In this document: positions 41,776 to 53,314 of the stretch, one piece after another
Numbering within the stretch: position 1 is the stretch's first letter
Layout of the letters: each line of letters starts with the position of its first letter
From: an uncultured Planctomycetaceae bacterium
Lineage (GTDB): Bacteria > Planctomycetota > Planctomycetia > Gemmatales > Gemmataceae
Direction of reading: 5' to 3'
Assembly: GCA_937888715.1 (NCBI GenBank)
Contig: CALARU010000158.1
Span: 22,808 to 86,807 of the forward strand
DNA: 64,000 bases
Position numbers and translations under genes: made by a program
The notes under the pieces: model-generated
The model's database searches: none
What the model was told of the DNA's origin: nothing
What the model saw: only the letters and a program-made list of their open reading frames with translations

Positions 41776-42552
41776 ATGAAATCGATTGCCAGAATGGGCC
41801 TTTTCTTTACCTTTTTAACTTCTGTTTTTGCTGCATCAGCAGATGTATCATTTGCACAAACTTGGGGCACGATCAAAGGCCAAGTAGTATTTGCGGGCGC
41901 TAACTCTATGCCTGAAAAACTTAAAGTCAACAAAGATGAACAGCACTGCCTTTCGAAGGGCGATATCCTTTCGGAAAAGTTTGTTGTCGATCCTAAAAGC
42001 AAGGGCGTGCGTTGGGTAATGGTTTGGCTGGTTGATAGCAAAAACCCCAAGGCCCAAATTCCAATTCATCCTTCTTTAGTAGAAGTAAAGCAGAAGGATG
42101 TCGTGCTGGATCAACCTTGCTGCGTTTACGAACCCCATGTAATTGGAATGCGAGCTGGGCAGGTTCTTGTAACCAAGAACAGCTCCCCCGTTAACCATAA
42201 TGTCAACATCATCAGTACTGGAAACAACCCCAGTCAAAATCTTCTTATTCCCTCAGGAAAAGAATTAAAAGTTGAAGGATGGGGTGCTGCAAACGCTCCC
42301 ACCAAAATCGAGTGCAATATTCATCCTTGGATGGTCGCATGGATTAGGGTTTTTAATCACCCCTACTTTGCTATCACCGACAAGGATGGGAACTTCGAAA
42401 TGAAGAATGCCCCTGCAGGTGACTATAATCTTGTTACTTGGCAGGAAGAAGTTGGCTGGGTTAAGGGTGGTAAAGTTGGTGTACCAATCAACATCAAAGC
42501 TGATGGCGTAACCGATGCAGGGAAAATTGAATTAAACCCCGCTGCCAATTAA
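41776..42552 (+). CDS. secreted cupredoxin-like plus carboxypeptidase-regulatory-like domain protein
   Basis: Signal peptide. HNV...ECNIHPWM (His, then Cys-x2-His-x2-Met spacing) resembles a type-1 copper site. FAITDKDGNFEMKNAPAGDYNLVTW is typical of CarboxypepD_reg-like beta-sandwiches. Confidence 0.6.
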   Translation: MKSIARMGLFFTFLTSVFAASADVSFAQTWGTIKGQVVFAGANSMPEKLKVNKDEQHCLSKGDILSEKFVVDPKSKGVRWVMVWLVDSKNPKAQIPIHPSLVEVKQKDVVLDQPCCVYEPHVIGMRAGQVLVTKNSSPVNHNVNIISTGNNPSQNLLIPSGKELKVEGWGAANAPTKIECNIHPWMVAWIRVFNHPYFAITDKDGNFEMKNAPAGDYNLVTWQEEVGWVKGGKVGVPINIKADGVTDAGKIELNPAAN

Positions 42553-42578
42553 TCACCAAGTTTATCTGTAACAATTTG

Positions 42579-44248
<1,670 letters not shown>

Positions 44249-44354
44249 CTAAATCCATAAAGAACAAGAACATCCGCATAAAGCAAAAAATGTTCCATGC
44301 GTGGATTTATACGACCCAATCGCTGTAAAATCCAGAATAATGTTGGATAAAGTT

Positions 44355-45116
44355 TTAAGCCGCGTTTAAGCGCTGGAAACGCCTATAATCTGCAATAAAT
44401 TTTTCGTAATCTTCGCGGGTGTCTACGCCCATGGTTCTCTCTTCAACAATTCCAAGGTTTATTGAGAAACCTGCACCTAAAACCCTTAATTGTTCGAGCT
44501 TTTCAAGTTTTTCGAATGGATGCATCGGGATTTTAGCCATTTGCATTAAAAATGACCTGCGATAGGCATACATACCAATGTGAAGCAAAAAAGGCGAAGG
44601 CCTTTGCCTAAAATCAGGCTTTCCATCTCGAACGTAAGGAATTGGGCTGCGACTGAAATAAAGTGCCCTACCCTTCTGATCTTGCACCACTTTCACGCAG
44701 TTTGGATTCATCCAGTCTTTTTCATCATTGATGGGTGTTGCGAGTGTTGCCATCGGCACATCGGGGCTTTCAATCAATTGCCGAAAAAGCAAATCGATGG
44801 AATTTGGATCAATTAATGGCTCATCTCCTTGAAGATTAAGAAAGATGTCGCAATCAAGATTTTGAGCAACTTCAGCAACCCGATCAGTACCACTTTGATG
44901 AGATTTTAAAGTCATAGCACAATTGGCGCCAAAATTTCGCGCTGCGGCTTGAATCCGAAGGTCATCTGTTGCGATTATAACTTCTGAAGCAATCTTTGAT
45001 TTTTTAGCCTGTTCGTAAACATGCTGGACCAAATATTTACCTGTCTGCTTTAACAACGGTTTTCCAGGTAATCGGGAAGAAGCATATCTAGCAGGAATGA
45101 CGATGGCACACTTCAT
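44355..45116 (-). CDS. kdsB: 3-deoxy-manno-octulosonate cytidylyltransferase
   Basis: IVIPARYASSRLPGKPL, TDRVAEV, NLQGDEPL, EQLRVL. Confidence 0.93.
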   Translation of the reverse strand: MKCAIVIPARYASSRLPGKPLLKQTGKYLVQHVYEQAKKSKIASEVIIATDDLRIQAAARNFGANCAMTLKSHQSGTDRVAEVAQNLDCDIFLNLQGDEPLIDPNSIDLLFRQLIESPDVPMATLATPINDEKDWMNPNCVKVVQDQKGRALYFSRSPIPYVRDGKPDFRQRPSPFLLHIGMYAYRRSFLMQMAKIPMHPFEKLEKLEQLRVLGAGFSINLGIVEERTMGVDTREDYEKFIADYRRFQRLNAA

Positions 45117-45238
45117 TGTTTAAACGCTCCAAAAGTTTATAAAACTTATTTAGATGAACATTGAAACGGTTTCTGCAAAAATATGCAAGATTAGCCTGCT
45201 TTGTTCGTCCTTATTCCGCAGCCTTCAGGAGTTTAACC

Positions 45239-45937
45239 ATGTGCGATTCCTTGGATTATTTGATAATTAGCCCACACCCCGATGATGCAGAGTTAGGAGT
45301 TGGGGGCACTATAGGCGTTTTGAAGGCTGAAGGCGCTTCTGTTGGCATTTTAGACTTAACCAATGGCGAACCAACCCCTCATGGTACCCCTTCAATTCGC
45401 GGGAAAGAAACCGAAGAGGCAACCAAAGTGCTTAAGCTGGATTATCGCAAAAATCTAGGCTTAAAGAACCGGGAATTAGTTTCTAATCTCGAGTCAAGAA
45501 CTTTACTTGCAGAGGAAATTCGGCGAGTTAAACCTAAAAATTTGTTCGTCCCTTACTGGGAAGATGTCCATCCTGATCATGTCGAAGCTTACGAATTGGC
45601 CCTTGGAGCACGATTTTGGAGCAAACTAAGCAAAACTCATCTGGCAGGCGAACCCCACTTCCCCACCAAAGTCTTTTATTATTTTAGTATTCACCTTAGG
45701 ATTCACCCCAAGCCCTCTTTTATTTTAGATATTTCAAACCACATTGAAACCAAAATGACAGCGTTGGCGTGTTATCAATCTCAATTAATCACAGGCAGAA
45801 CCAACACTTTCCCTACACTTTTGGACGATGTTAAGGATCGAAATCGCTACTGGGGCTGGGCGATAGGAAAAGCCTATGGCGAACCATTTCTCACTAGGGA
45901 AGAAGTGGGATTAAAAAGCTTAGGCAATCTGGCTTAA
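45239..45937 (+). CDS. PIG-L/LmbE family deacetylase (BshB1-like)
   Basis: Start at the internal [22 protein letters not shown], and the C-terminal YGEPF pattern. Confidence 0.85.
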   Translation: MCDSLDYLIISPHPDDAELGVGGTIGVLKAEGASVGILDLTNGEPTPHGTPSIRGKETEEATKVLKLDYRKNLGLKNRELVSNLESRTLLAEEIRRVKPKNLFVPYWEDVHPDHVEAYELALGARFWSKLSKTHLAGEPHFPTKVFYYFSIHLRIHPKPSFILDISNHIETKMTALACYQSQLITGRTNTFPTLLDDVKDRNRYWGWAIGKAYGEPFLTREEVGLKSLGNLA

Positions 45938-46093
45938 GTCTTCCTTCAGGGTAAACCAGCAAATCTTTTCCGCGCTGCTTGCCCTTCTATCAAGAAGCCT
46001 CCCTCCGCAGCTTCTTTTCTCCTTTTTGGCTTGGGCTATTAAGCCGATAAGCCAACTACAGAGGAAGTTTTTTCCTCAAGGGGAGTTGTAATA

Positions 46094-46381
46094 ATGCATA
46101 ACAAGGATTTCCATGTCCTCGCGTTGGTCAAAGGTGAGCACCAATTTGTCTATATTTTCGACGAAATGGGCTGGGATGATCTCGTGGAAACACTTTGCCA
46201 GCAAGCTGAAGACCCAGATATAGAATTTAGCTGGTTTGATGCAGCTTTACTTTCTCATCGCGCAAAAACTCAAATTGAATCTGCGAATGAGGCCAATAGT
46301 GAAGCCGATCAATCTCCGCCAACAGACAACGAAACAGAAACAGAATTTAAAGCGCCTATAGCTTCGCGCTTACCTAGGTAA
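46094..46381 (+). CDS. hypothetical small acidic protein
   Basis: 95-aa ORF with a GGGAG RBS and ATG start, 28 nt upstream of xerC on the same strand. No family recognised. Confidence 0.45.
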   Translation: MHNKDFHVLALVKGEHQFVYIFDEMGWDDLVETLCQQAEDPDIEFSWFDAALLSHRAKTQIESANEANSEADQSPPTDNETETEFKAPIASRLPR

Positions 46382-46409
46382 TTTTAATTTTCACACAGAG
46401 ATAATAGTT

Positions 46410-47309
46410 ATGAACCAGGCGCTAGCAGGATACCTGCGGCATCTTTCTCTGGAGAAAAATTCTTCCGAACTGACTGTCAAGTCTTACCGTGAAGACTTGA
46501 CGCAATCGATAAATTTTCTGCGTGGCCATACGGCCCTTGCAAACCTTTCACCCAAGCAAGTTACCACGAGGCATGTGCGTGCATTTATCGCATGGCTTAC
46601 AGAGCAAAACTATTCGCGGGCTACAATCGCACGAAGAATCGCATCCTTAAGATCGCTTTATCGTTACCTGCAAAGGCAACAAAAGGTTGATCGCAATCCT
46701 ACGGAGGGATTGAAAGGCCCAAAACTTGACCAGAATCTTCCGCATTTTCTTTCTCAAGAAGATATAGACAATCTTTTAAATGCCCCCCAAGGCGAAACCT
46801 TGATGTGCCTGAGGGATCGGGCAATTTTAGAAACCTTATACTCCGCTGGCCTTCGAGTCAGCGAGTTGGTTGCACTAAACCAAGAATATCTAGATTTCAA
46901 TGATGGAACTGCAGTGGTTCGGGGTAAAGGAAAAAAAGAGCGAATAGCTCTTTTGGGCCCACAGGCATTAAAAGCTGTTGAAGCGTACCTTAATGAAAGA
47001 AAGCTTCAGAAAAGTGTTAAGATCAAAGAAAACCCCGCTATATTTCTGAACAAAAATGGCACCAGGCTAACCACACGAAGCGTTGGTAGACTGCTCGAAA
47101 AATACATCAAGCTTGCAGGAATGGATTCTCGTACCACGCCGCACACCCTAAGGCATACTTTTGCGACCCATCTTTTAGATGCAGGCGCAGATATCCGGGG
47201 CGTGCAAGAACTACTTGGGCACAGCAGTCTGGGAACTACTCAGATTTACACCCATGTTACAACCACAAGATTAAAAGAAAGCTACCAAAAAGCCCATCCG
47301 CGGGCCTAA
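46410..47309 (+). CDS. xerC: tyrosine recombinase XerC/XerD
   Basis: N-terminal SAM-like domain (YLRHLSLEKNSSELTVKSYREDL, IARRIASLRSLYRYL). Catalytic domain has RDRAILETLYSAGLRVSELV, GKGKKER, HTLRHTFATHLL, LLGHSSLGTTQIYTHV. Confidence 0.9.
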   Translation: MNQALAGYLRHLSLEKNSSELTVKSYREDLTQSINFLRGHTALANLSPKQVTTRHVRAFIAWLTEQNYSRATIARRIASLRSLYRYLQRQQKVDRNPTEGLKGPKLDQNLPHFLSQEDIDNLLNAPQGETLMCLRDRAILETLYSAGLRVSELVALNQEYLDFNDGTAVVRGKGKKERIALLGPQALKAVEAYLNERKLQKSVKIKENPAIFLNKNGTRLTTRSVGRLLEKYIKLAGMDSRTTPHTLRHTFATHLLDAGADIRGVQELLGHSSLGTTQIYTHVTTTRLKESYQKAHPRA

Positions 47310-47331
47310 TGGTATCGAATGGAGTCGATCA

Positions 47332-48498
47332 ATGATCACAAATTGTATTCATAAAAACAAAGCTCTTGCAAGAATGCTTCTTCTCGCTTTGATTTTTATC
47401 ACTGGGGCTCCAGTGTTTGCAGGGGGCATAGAGTGGCGCACAGATTACATGCAAGCTAGGCAAGAATCTGAGCAAAAAAACCTGCCCATTCTCATCGATT
47501 TTCATACTGACAATTGCTTTTGGTGCAAGCAAATGGATCATCGCACTTTCAGAGATCCAACTCTGAATCAAACGATTACGGAAAATTGGATTCCCCTAAG
47601 AATTAATGCAAAAAAAGAACTGGCCCTGACAGATGCCTTGAAAATTCGATCCTTTCCAACCTTGGTATTCGCTGGGCCAGATGGAAATATTTTGGGCTTT
47701 TTAGAAGGATTCATCGAAGCTCCTGCACTTGTTTCTCAACTCGAACAACACAGGGGAGACTCTATTACCCCTGATTGGATGAACCTCGAGTATAAGGAAG
47801 CCACTGTTGCAATTGCAGCCGATGATTACCCAAAAGCAGTTTCACTCCTCAAAAAAATCATAGAAGATGGAAAGCAAAGGCCGATTCAAAAGAGATCCAT
47901 GGTCCTCCTCCAAGACTTTGAAAAACAAGCTACAGAAAGAATAGCCAAAGCAAAAAAGAATCTCGAACAAGGCAACACTTCAGAATCGATCCAGCTATTT
48001 AGTGAAGTTTCCAGACAATATGAAGGAACAAACGGGGCCAAAGAAAGCATCCAAATCCTCGCAAGCCTTGCAAATCGTCAACCCAATTCAGAACCTTTTT
48101 TAATTTCCAACAACCTTGCAAAAGAAGTGCTTTCGTTAATCAGGCAGGATTACAAAAGTTCAAATTTTCTTTCGTGCCTGGATCGTTATGAGTACATGAC
48201 TGCAACTTTTGCAGAGGCCATGGAAACCCAAGAAGCAGGCATCATTATCGCAGAAATAAAAAGCAATCCTGAATGGATGAAAACTGCATGCGAGCAAATG
48301 GGCGATAAGCTTGCAAACCTTTATTTATCGCTTGCTGATTCGTGGACAAAAAAAGGACAACCCCAACAGGCGATCTATTATCTTGAAAAAACCTTACAAA
48401 CATTCCCAGGAACAAAGTACGCAGAAGCTGCGCAAGTAAGGTTAGCCCAACTACTGGGGCCCTCGATAAGGGCAGTCGAAATGAAAAATAACAAATAG
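47332..48498 (+). CDS. exported thioredoxin-fold (DUF255/thioredoxin_7-like) protein with C-terminal TPR-like repeats
   Basis: GGAG RBS and a signal peptide. PILIDFHTDNCFWCKQMD (CxxC) and FPTLVF. The C-terminal helical repeats end in a TPR-like segment (QQAIYYLEKTLQTFPGTKYAEAAQVRLAQL). Confidence 0.75.
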   Translation: MITNCIHKNKALARMLLLALIFITGAPVFAGGIEWRTDYMQARQESEQKNLPILIDFHTDNCFWCKQMDHRTFRDPTLNQTITENWIPLRINAKKELALTDALKIRSFPTLVFAGPDGNILGFLEGFIEAPALVSQLEQHRGDSITPDWMNLEYKEATVAIAADDYPKAVSLLKKIIEDGKQRPIQKRSMVLLQDFEKQATERIAKAKKNLEQGNTSESIQLFSEVSRQYEGTNGAKESIQILASLANRQPNSEPFLISNNLAKEVLSLIRQDYKSSNFLSCLDRYEYMTATFAEAMETQEAGIIIAEIKSNPEWMKTACEQMGDKLANLYLSLADSWTKKGQPQQAIYYLEKTLQTFPGTKYAEAAQVRLAQLLGPSIRAVEMKNNK

Positions 48499-48501
48499 GA
48501 A

Positions 48502-49314
48502 TCAGCTTTCGAGCAAACCCGTAGTCCTACTAAGAGCAGAAGAATGAAGATGCCCATTGGTTGAGAGCATCCCTTTGGTCTGCTTGAAACCAGGTGCTCC
48601 ATACAAGACAGGGTTGCCCGAAAAGTCGGTCAATTTCCCGCCTGCTTCTTCCACAAGAATATGCCCTGCACAAATATCCCAGTCATGAAAAGCAGGATAA
48701 TTATTGGCATATAAATCGCCCTCGCCCCGCGCAACGATTGCCATCTTTAATCCAGCAGAATAGGTTTCAAGCACAGTCCCCGGAGAAAATGCCACTGCCG
48801 CTTTACTAGTTTTCCCTGGCTTCGCATGGCTTTGAACCAATATTGCCTTGCTTAAATCAGCACAAGTTCTAACTTTGCAGGCAACAGTTTCCTTACCTAC
48901 TTGCATCAAGAAACAACCCTGCCCCTTGGCTGCATAAGTGGTTTTTCCAGTTGCAGGTTCATGCACAACACCTACCACAACTTTGCCCTGATCCATCATG
49001 GCAACCATGACGGAAAACTGATCATTCTTCATTGCAAAGCCACGGGTACCATCAATCGGGTCGACCACCCAGGTTCTGGTTGCACCCGAAGGAGATTCGG
49101 AAAGCGTGGCAGTTTTTTCTTCTGCACAAAGAGAATCTAAAGGGAACTCTTCACGCAAAACTTTAAGAATAATTTCCTGAGATTGCTTATCTGTTTCCGT
49201 GGTGAGATCTGCAGGGGCATTTTCGTAAGGCTTTAAAGTTTTGTACACTTCAGAAATCAAATCTCCAGCCTTATGAGCAGCCTTTAATGCAACTGCTAAT
49301 TCTTTGCTATACAT
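48502..49314 (-). CDS. inositol monophosphatase family protein (CysQ/3'(2'),5'-bisphosphate nucleotidase-like)
   Basis: AEE, WVVDPIDGTRGF, and WDICAG motifs. Second IMPase-family paralogue in the window. Confidence 0.8.
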   Translation of the reverse strand: MYSKELAVALKAAHKAGDLISEVYKTLKPYENAPADLTTETDKQSQEIILKVLREEFPLDSLCAEEKTATLSESPSGATRTWVVDPIDGTRGFAMKNDQFSVMVAMMDQGKVVVGVVHEPATGKTTYAAKGQGCFLMQVGKETVACKVRTCADLSKAILVQSHAKPGKTSKAAVAFSPGTVLETYSAGLKMAIVARGEGDLYANNYPAFHDWDICAGHILVEEAGGKLTDFSGNPVLYGAPGFKQTKGMLSTNGHLHSSALSRTTGLLES

Positions 49315-49329
49315 AATTCTCTTTTCTAA

Positions 49330-50562
49330 TTACTGTTTCTTTGCAACCATGATGGCTTGCACGGGATTATTAAAAGATTGGCTCTTAAGCTTGGCACTTT
49401 CGATATCAATCTTACCGTCTTGCAGCCAGATCTGATATTTAAGTTTCAAGGGATTTTCTTTAGTGATTTCAGTTACAAAATAAGAACCAAACCTACCGTA
49501 AGGGCGCTCACTAAAACGAGCTTCCTTGGGGTTTGCAGCGTTATCGAGATACAAAGCAGTGTATCGTTTATCATTAAGAACAAAGCTCATAGCATTCCAA
49601 GGAAGATTGATATGAGTTTTTAAATCGGGCCAATTCCTGCTAGCACCGGGCTTATCTTCGCCATCCGGCCTGAGATAGATTGTTTCCTTGGAAGTTTTTT
49701 CTGAAACCTCATTTGAAGCCCGAAAATGGAACCCAGCATGTTGAGGATCACCATCGAGTAATACCGGACCACCAGTAGTTCTAACAACGGATTGGAATTC
49801 AACAAGTTGCCCGCCCGGAACTTTGTAAACAATGAGTTGTCTTTCTTCGACAGCAAAGGTCTCCTTGTTTTTACCATTCCAAGCAATCTGGTCTTTTTCA
49901 GAAGCAAGAACAGGACCAGATTCACGCAACAGAACTTTTTCAAAAGCCTGATGAGTATCATCCTTACAATGCCAGATATCAACTTTTACATTCTTGCCAT
50001 AGGTAACTTTGCTGAACCCAAGAAAAATACCACGATGGTGAGTGAACTGCCCACCTGCACCTTTGGTAACCAAAGCACCAGAATTATCAAATAGATGATG
50101 GAATGGCTTATAAGAAGCTTCCCTTTCCTTGCCATCTTTTAAAACAGGATGCACAAACTGAAGAACAGTTTTACCTTCAAATGTAACTTGGCTTAGCTCA
50201 GAGTTTATATCTTCAAAAGAAAAATTAAAGGAAGAATTCTTGGCGTCAGAAGCCAACCAAGTACCAGCCAAAGTAGCCCCATTATCTGGAATGCTCAAAG
50301 CTGGCATAACCACAACAAGGTACTTTTGATTTTCTTTTGCAGTCAAATCAGCGGAGAATTTTTCGACCACTTGCCCAAGAACGTTGGTGGTTCCAGCTCC
50401 TGACAAAAGGCAAGTTTTACTTTTAACATTAATGCCTGCGGGAATTGCAATTTGCACAGGTGTTCCTGCAGGAATTTTAGCTGGGCCTTTTAATTCGACC
50501 TGAAAATCCTGAGCAGCCAATCCCGACAACAGAACAACCATGGCATTCAATAAAGCATTCAT
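49330..50562 (-). CDS. DUF6807 / 'PmoA'-named family protein, secreted
   Basis: Signal peptide MNALLNAMVVLLSGLAAQ. Central HHRGIFLGFSKV...DIWH and DPQHAGFHFRA motifs, as I remember them for the PmoA-like (PF14100/DUF6807) family common in PVC bacteria. Confidence 0.7.
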   Translation of the reverse strand: MNALLNAMVVLLSGLAAQDFQVELKGPAKIPAGTPVQIAIPAGINVKSKTCLLSGAGTTNVLGQVVEKFSADLTAKENQKYLVVVMPALSIPDNGATLAGTWLASDAKNSSFNFSFEDINSELSQVTFEGKTVLQFVHPVLKDGKEREASYKPFHHLFDNSGALVTKGAGGQFTHHRGIFLGFSKVTYGKNVKVDIWHCKDDTHQAFEKVLLRESGPVLASEKDQIAWNGKNKETFAVEERQLIVYKVPGGQLVEFQSVVRTTGGPVLLDGDPQHAGFHFRASNEVSEKTSKETIYLRPDGEDKPGASRNWPDLKTHINLPWNAMSFVLNDKRYTALYLDNAANPKEARFSERPYGRFGSYFVTEITKENPLKLKYQIWLQDGKIDIESAKLKSQSFNNPVQAIMVAKKQ

Positions 50563-50622
50563 CTGTTATTCGCCTTTTAAGTAAGAATCGTTAGTTAAGT
50601 AGAAACACATCCGTAATTAAAA

Positions 50623-51573
50623 CTAAGCAAGCCCATAAAAACGAACTGCATTATCATGAAACAGCTTCTTTTGTTGTTCTTCTGATCGGGATTTAACCAC
50701 CTGCTTCAAGGAATCAACCCACTCCTTATAAGTCGCAGCAAGGGTACAAACAGGCCAATCACCGCCAAACATTACTCGATCTGGGCCAAAGCTATCCATG
50801 GTGTGGTTGATAAGTGGCGCCAAGTCATCCACTTTCCAGGCACCTTTCGTTGATGAAGCAATGAACCCGGAAATTTTAACAACAATATTTTTTCGCTTTG
50901 CGACCTCAACCACGCCCTTCTTCCAAACCGAATTATCCTTGCTCTTCAAATCCGGATTTCCACAATGATCAAGAATAAAGCGAGTATCAGGGCAGGAATC
51001 AATCAACTTTGCAACATGATCAAGATCGGTACCACGAACACACAAATCGTAGCTAAGATTTCTTTCACCCAGCATCCGGATGCCACGCACAAAATCAGGG
51101 TGATTACAAAACCCAGGAGGAGTAGCAGGTACATGCAAAACCTGCCTGATACCTTTGATAAATTTATTTCCTTTGAAGTTATCGAGGTATTTGCCGAATT
51201 CGGGCGATGCGGGTCTGCCGGAAACCACTGCTGCAACCATGGTTGTTTTCCCACTATTGCAAATATCTGTGACAAACTGGGCTTCAGCAAGTTGCTGCTC
51301 GGGTGAAACATCCACTTCCATATAAACAGATTTAACAACGTTCAAACCTTCAGTAGCCTCAGCGTAATCTTTAAGTACAAAGTTACGGGCAAGAGGCGCT
51401 CCAACTTCAACCCAAGGAAGCTTGAACTGTTTTAAATCCCACAGATGCTGATGAGTATCCACAATAGGTAGCATTGCTTTTTTCTCCGCTAAGACTTGAG
51501 AAGTAATTCCCAAGGCAAGAGTTGATCCGAGTATTGAATTTTTAACAAACGTTCTGCGATCCTGCTGATTCAT
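50623..51573 (-). CDS. amidohydrolase-2 family (lactonase/decarboxylase-like TIM barrel) protein with a twin-arginine signal
   Basis: MNQQDRRTFVKNSILGSTLALGITSQVLA (RRxFxK Tat motif), followed by PIVDTHQHLWDL (metal-binding HxH), ILDHCG, and FGGDWPV. Confidence 0.85.
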   Translation of the reverse strand: MNQQDRRTFVKNSILGSTLALGITSQVLAEKKAMLPIVDTHQHLWDLKQFKLPWVEVGAPLARNFVLKDYAEATEGLNVVKSVYMEVDVSPEQQLAEAQFVTDICNSGKTTMVAAVVSGRPASPEFGKYLDNFKGNKFIKGIRQVLHVPATPPGFCNHPDFVRGIRMLGERNLSYDLCVRGTDLDHVAKLIDSCPDTRFILDHCGNPDLKSKDNSVWKKGVVEVAKRKNIVVKISGFIASSTKGAWKVDDLAPLINHTMDSFGPDRVMFGGDWPVCTLAATYKEWVDSLKQVVKSRSEEQQKKLFHDNAVRFYGLA

Positions 51574-51645
51574 TATAAATCCCTCTTTGAGTGATTACCT
51601 TTTATCCATAAGGGAACCCAACACTGCAAGGACTATCTTGGAAGT

Positions 51646-53220
51646 TTAATGCCTGAAGTGCCTAAATCCGCTAAAGATCATTGAAATACCGTTCTCATCG
51701 CAAGAGGCAATTGCATCTGCATCACGCATAGAACCACCCGGCTGAACGATAGCAATAATGCCAGCCTTTGCAGCCTCATCGACGCCATCCCTGAACGGAA
51801 AAAACGCATCAGAGGCAAGCACTGCGCCGCGCGCATTTTCCCCCGCCTTTTTCAAAGCATTCTGAACAGCATCAACCCTGCTCATCTGCCCTGCCCCGGT
51901 GCCAAGTAGTTTTCCATCCTTAACAATAACAATGGCATTGCTTTTCACATGCTTACAAACGACCCAAGCAAACTTGAGGTCATCAAGTTCTAGGGGTGTA
52001 AGTTTCTTCTTAGTTACCGATCTTGCACTCGAAAGATTTTCATTGGAGGCATCTTTATCCTGCACAAGGAGGCCGCCATCCACTTTCCGAATTTCCATAG
52101 TCGGTTTTCTTGCAATCATGGGGCCAGTAGAAAGTAGGCGCACACTTTTCTTCCAAGTAGGCTTGGTGGTAAGAATTTCAAAAGCTTCCGGAGAGAAACC
52201 AGGTGCAACCACACACTCAAGAAACCTGCCTGGTTCGGCCATCGCCAGCGCAGTTGCTTCATCAACTTCGCGATTGAATCCAACAATACCACCGTAGGCG
52301 CTAAGAGGATCGCCATCGTAAGCGCCCCTGAAAGTATCCACAAGGTTCTTTGAAACAGCAGCGCCACAGGGGTTATTGTGCTTGAGAATAACCGAGGCAG
52401 GCCTGCCAAATTCCCGCAATAAACTAAGGGCGCTATCGATATCAAGCAAGTTGTTGTAGGAAAGTTCTTTGCCATGCAAGATGGTCGCATTGGCGAGAGA
52501 ATCTGCGGGTGGATTCAGTTCTGTGTAAAACGCAGCCGTCTGATGGGGGTTCTCGCCATAACGCAAAACCTGTTTGCATTTGAAAGAAAAAGAGATCTCA
52601 TCAGAAAACCCTTGGCTCAATTGCGCCTTGAAATACTGGCTGATTGCAAGATCGTATTGCGCAGTATGAGTAAAAGCATCACAAGCGAGCTTTTTCCTGG
52701 TCGCAAGACTAATCTTCCCACCGGTGCTTTTAAGCTCTGCGATGATAGCAGCATATTGTTCAGGGCTTGTAATCACTGCAACATCATGGTGGTTTTTCGC
52801 AGCCGACCGAACCATCGAAGGGCCACCAATATCTATGTTCTCAACCACTTCCTCGTAGGTGCTCTCTGGATTCGATGCAACTTTTGCAAACGGATAAAGA
52901 TTACAAATAACCATGTCTATGGGATGGATGTCATGTTCTTTAATGGTTTTCACATGCTCAGCATTATCACGGATCGCAAGAATGCCCCCGTGGATTTTAG
53001 GATGCAAGGTTTTAACCCTGCCGTCTAGCATTTCGGGAAATCCAGTGACTTCGGAAATATCAACAGCAGGAATGCCAGCATCAAGAAGCGCCTTTTTTGT
53101 TCCACCAGTCGAAATAAGCATTGCCTTGTTATGCACAAGCTCCTTTGCCAATTCGATCAGGCCAGTTTTATCACTTACACTTAACAACACACGATGAATA
53201 GGAACCAAGCGACCATCCAC
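51646..53220 (-). CDS. purH: bifunctional AICAR transformylase / IMP cyclohydrolase
   Basis: RVLLSVSDKTGL, GGTKK, TLHPKIHGGIL, NLYPF, KHNNPCG, and the C-terminal RHFRH. The ORF is open to a TTG at 53271. I prefer the GTG at 53220 (GGGGGA RBS 7 nt upstream) because homology begins there. Confidence 0.93.
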   Translation of the reverse strand: MDGRLVPIHRVLLSVSDKTGLIELAKELVHNKAMLISTGGTKKALLDAGIPAVDISEVTGFPEMLDGRVKTLHPKIHGGILAIRDNAEHVKTIKEHDIHPIDMVICNLYPFAKVASNPESTYEEVVENIDIGGPSMVRSAAKNHHDVAVITSPEQYAAIIAELKSTGGKISLATRKKLACDAFTHTAQYDLAISQYFKAQLSQGFSDEISFSFKCKQVLRYGENPHQTAAFYTELNPPADSLANATILHGKELSYNNLLDIDSALSLLREFGRPASVILKHNNPCGAAVSKNLVDTFRGAYDGDPLSAYGGIVGFNREVDEATALAMAEPGRFLECVVAPGFSPEAFEILTTKPTWKKSVRLLSTGPMIARKPTMEIRKVDGGLLVQDKDASNENLSSARSVTKKKLTPLELDDLKFAWVVCKHVKSNAIVIVKDGKLLGTGAGQMSRVDAVQNALKKAGENARGAVLASDAFFPFRDGVDEAAKAGIIAIVQPGGSMRDADAIASCDENGISMIFSGFRHFRH

Positions 53221-53314
53221 GGCAAATCCCCCGAAAAATAAAGTTAATTCCAATAATCCAAATTCTATCAATGCTGAAAAAAGTTTCAGTAATATTCCTA
53301 AAGGATCGTATTAA

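Noticed and set aside
46410-47309. Tyrosine recombinase as a marker of a prophage or integrative element.
   Set aside because: The sequence is canonical XerC/XerD (SAM-like N-domain, R..HxxR..Y catalytic pattern, 299 aa). It is flanked by housekeeping or exported-protein genes, with no phage, conjugation or att-repeat signals.
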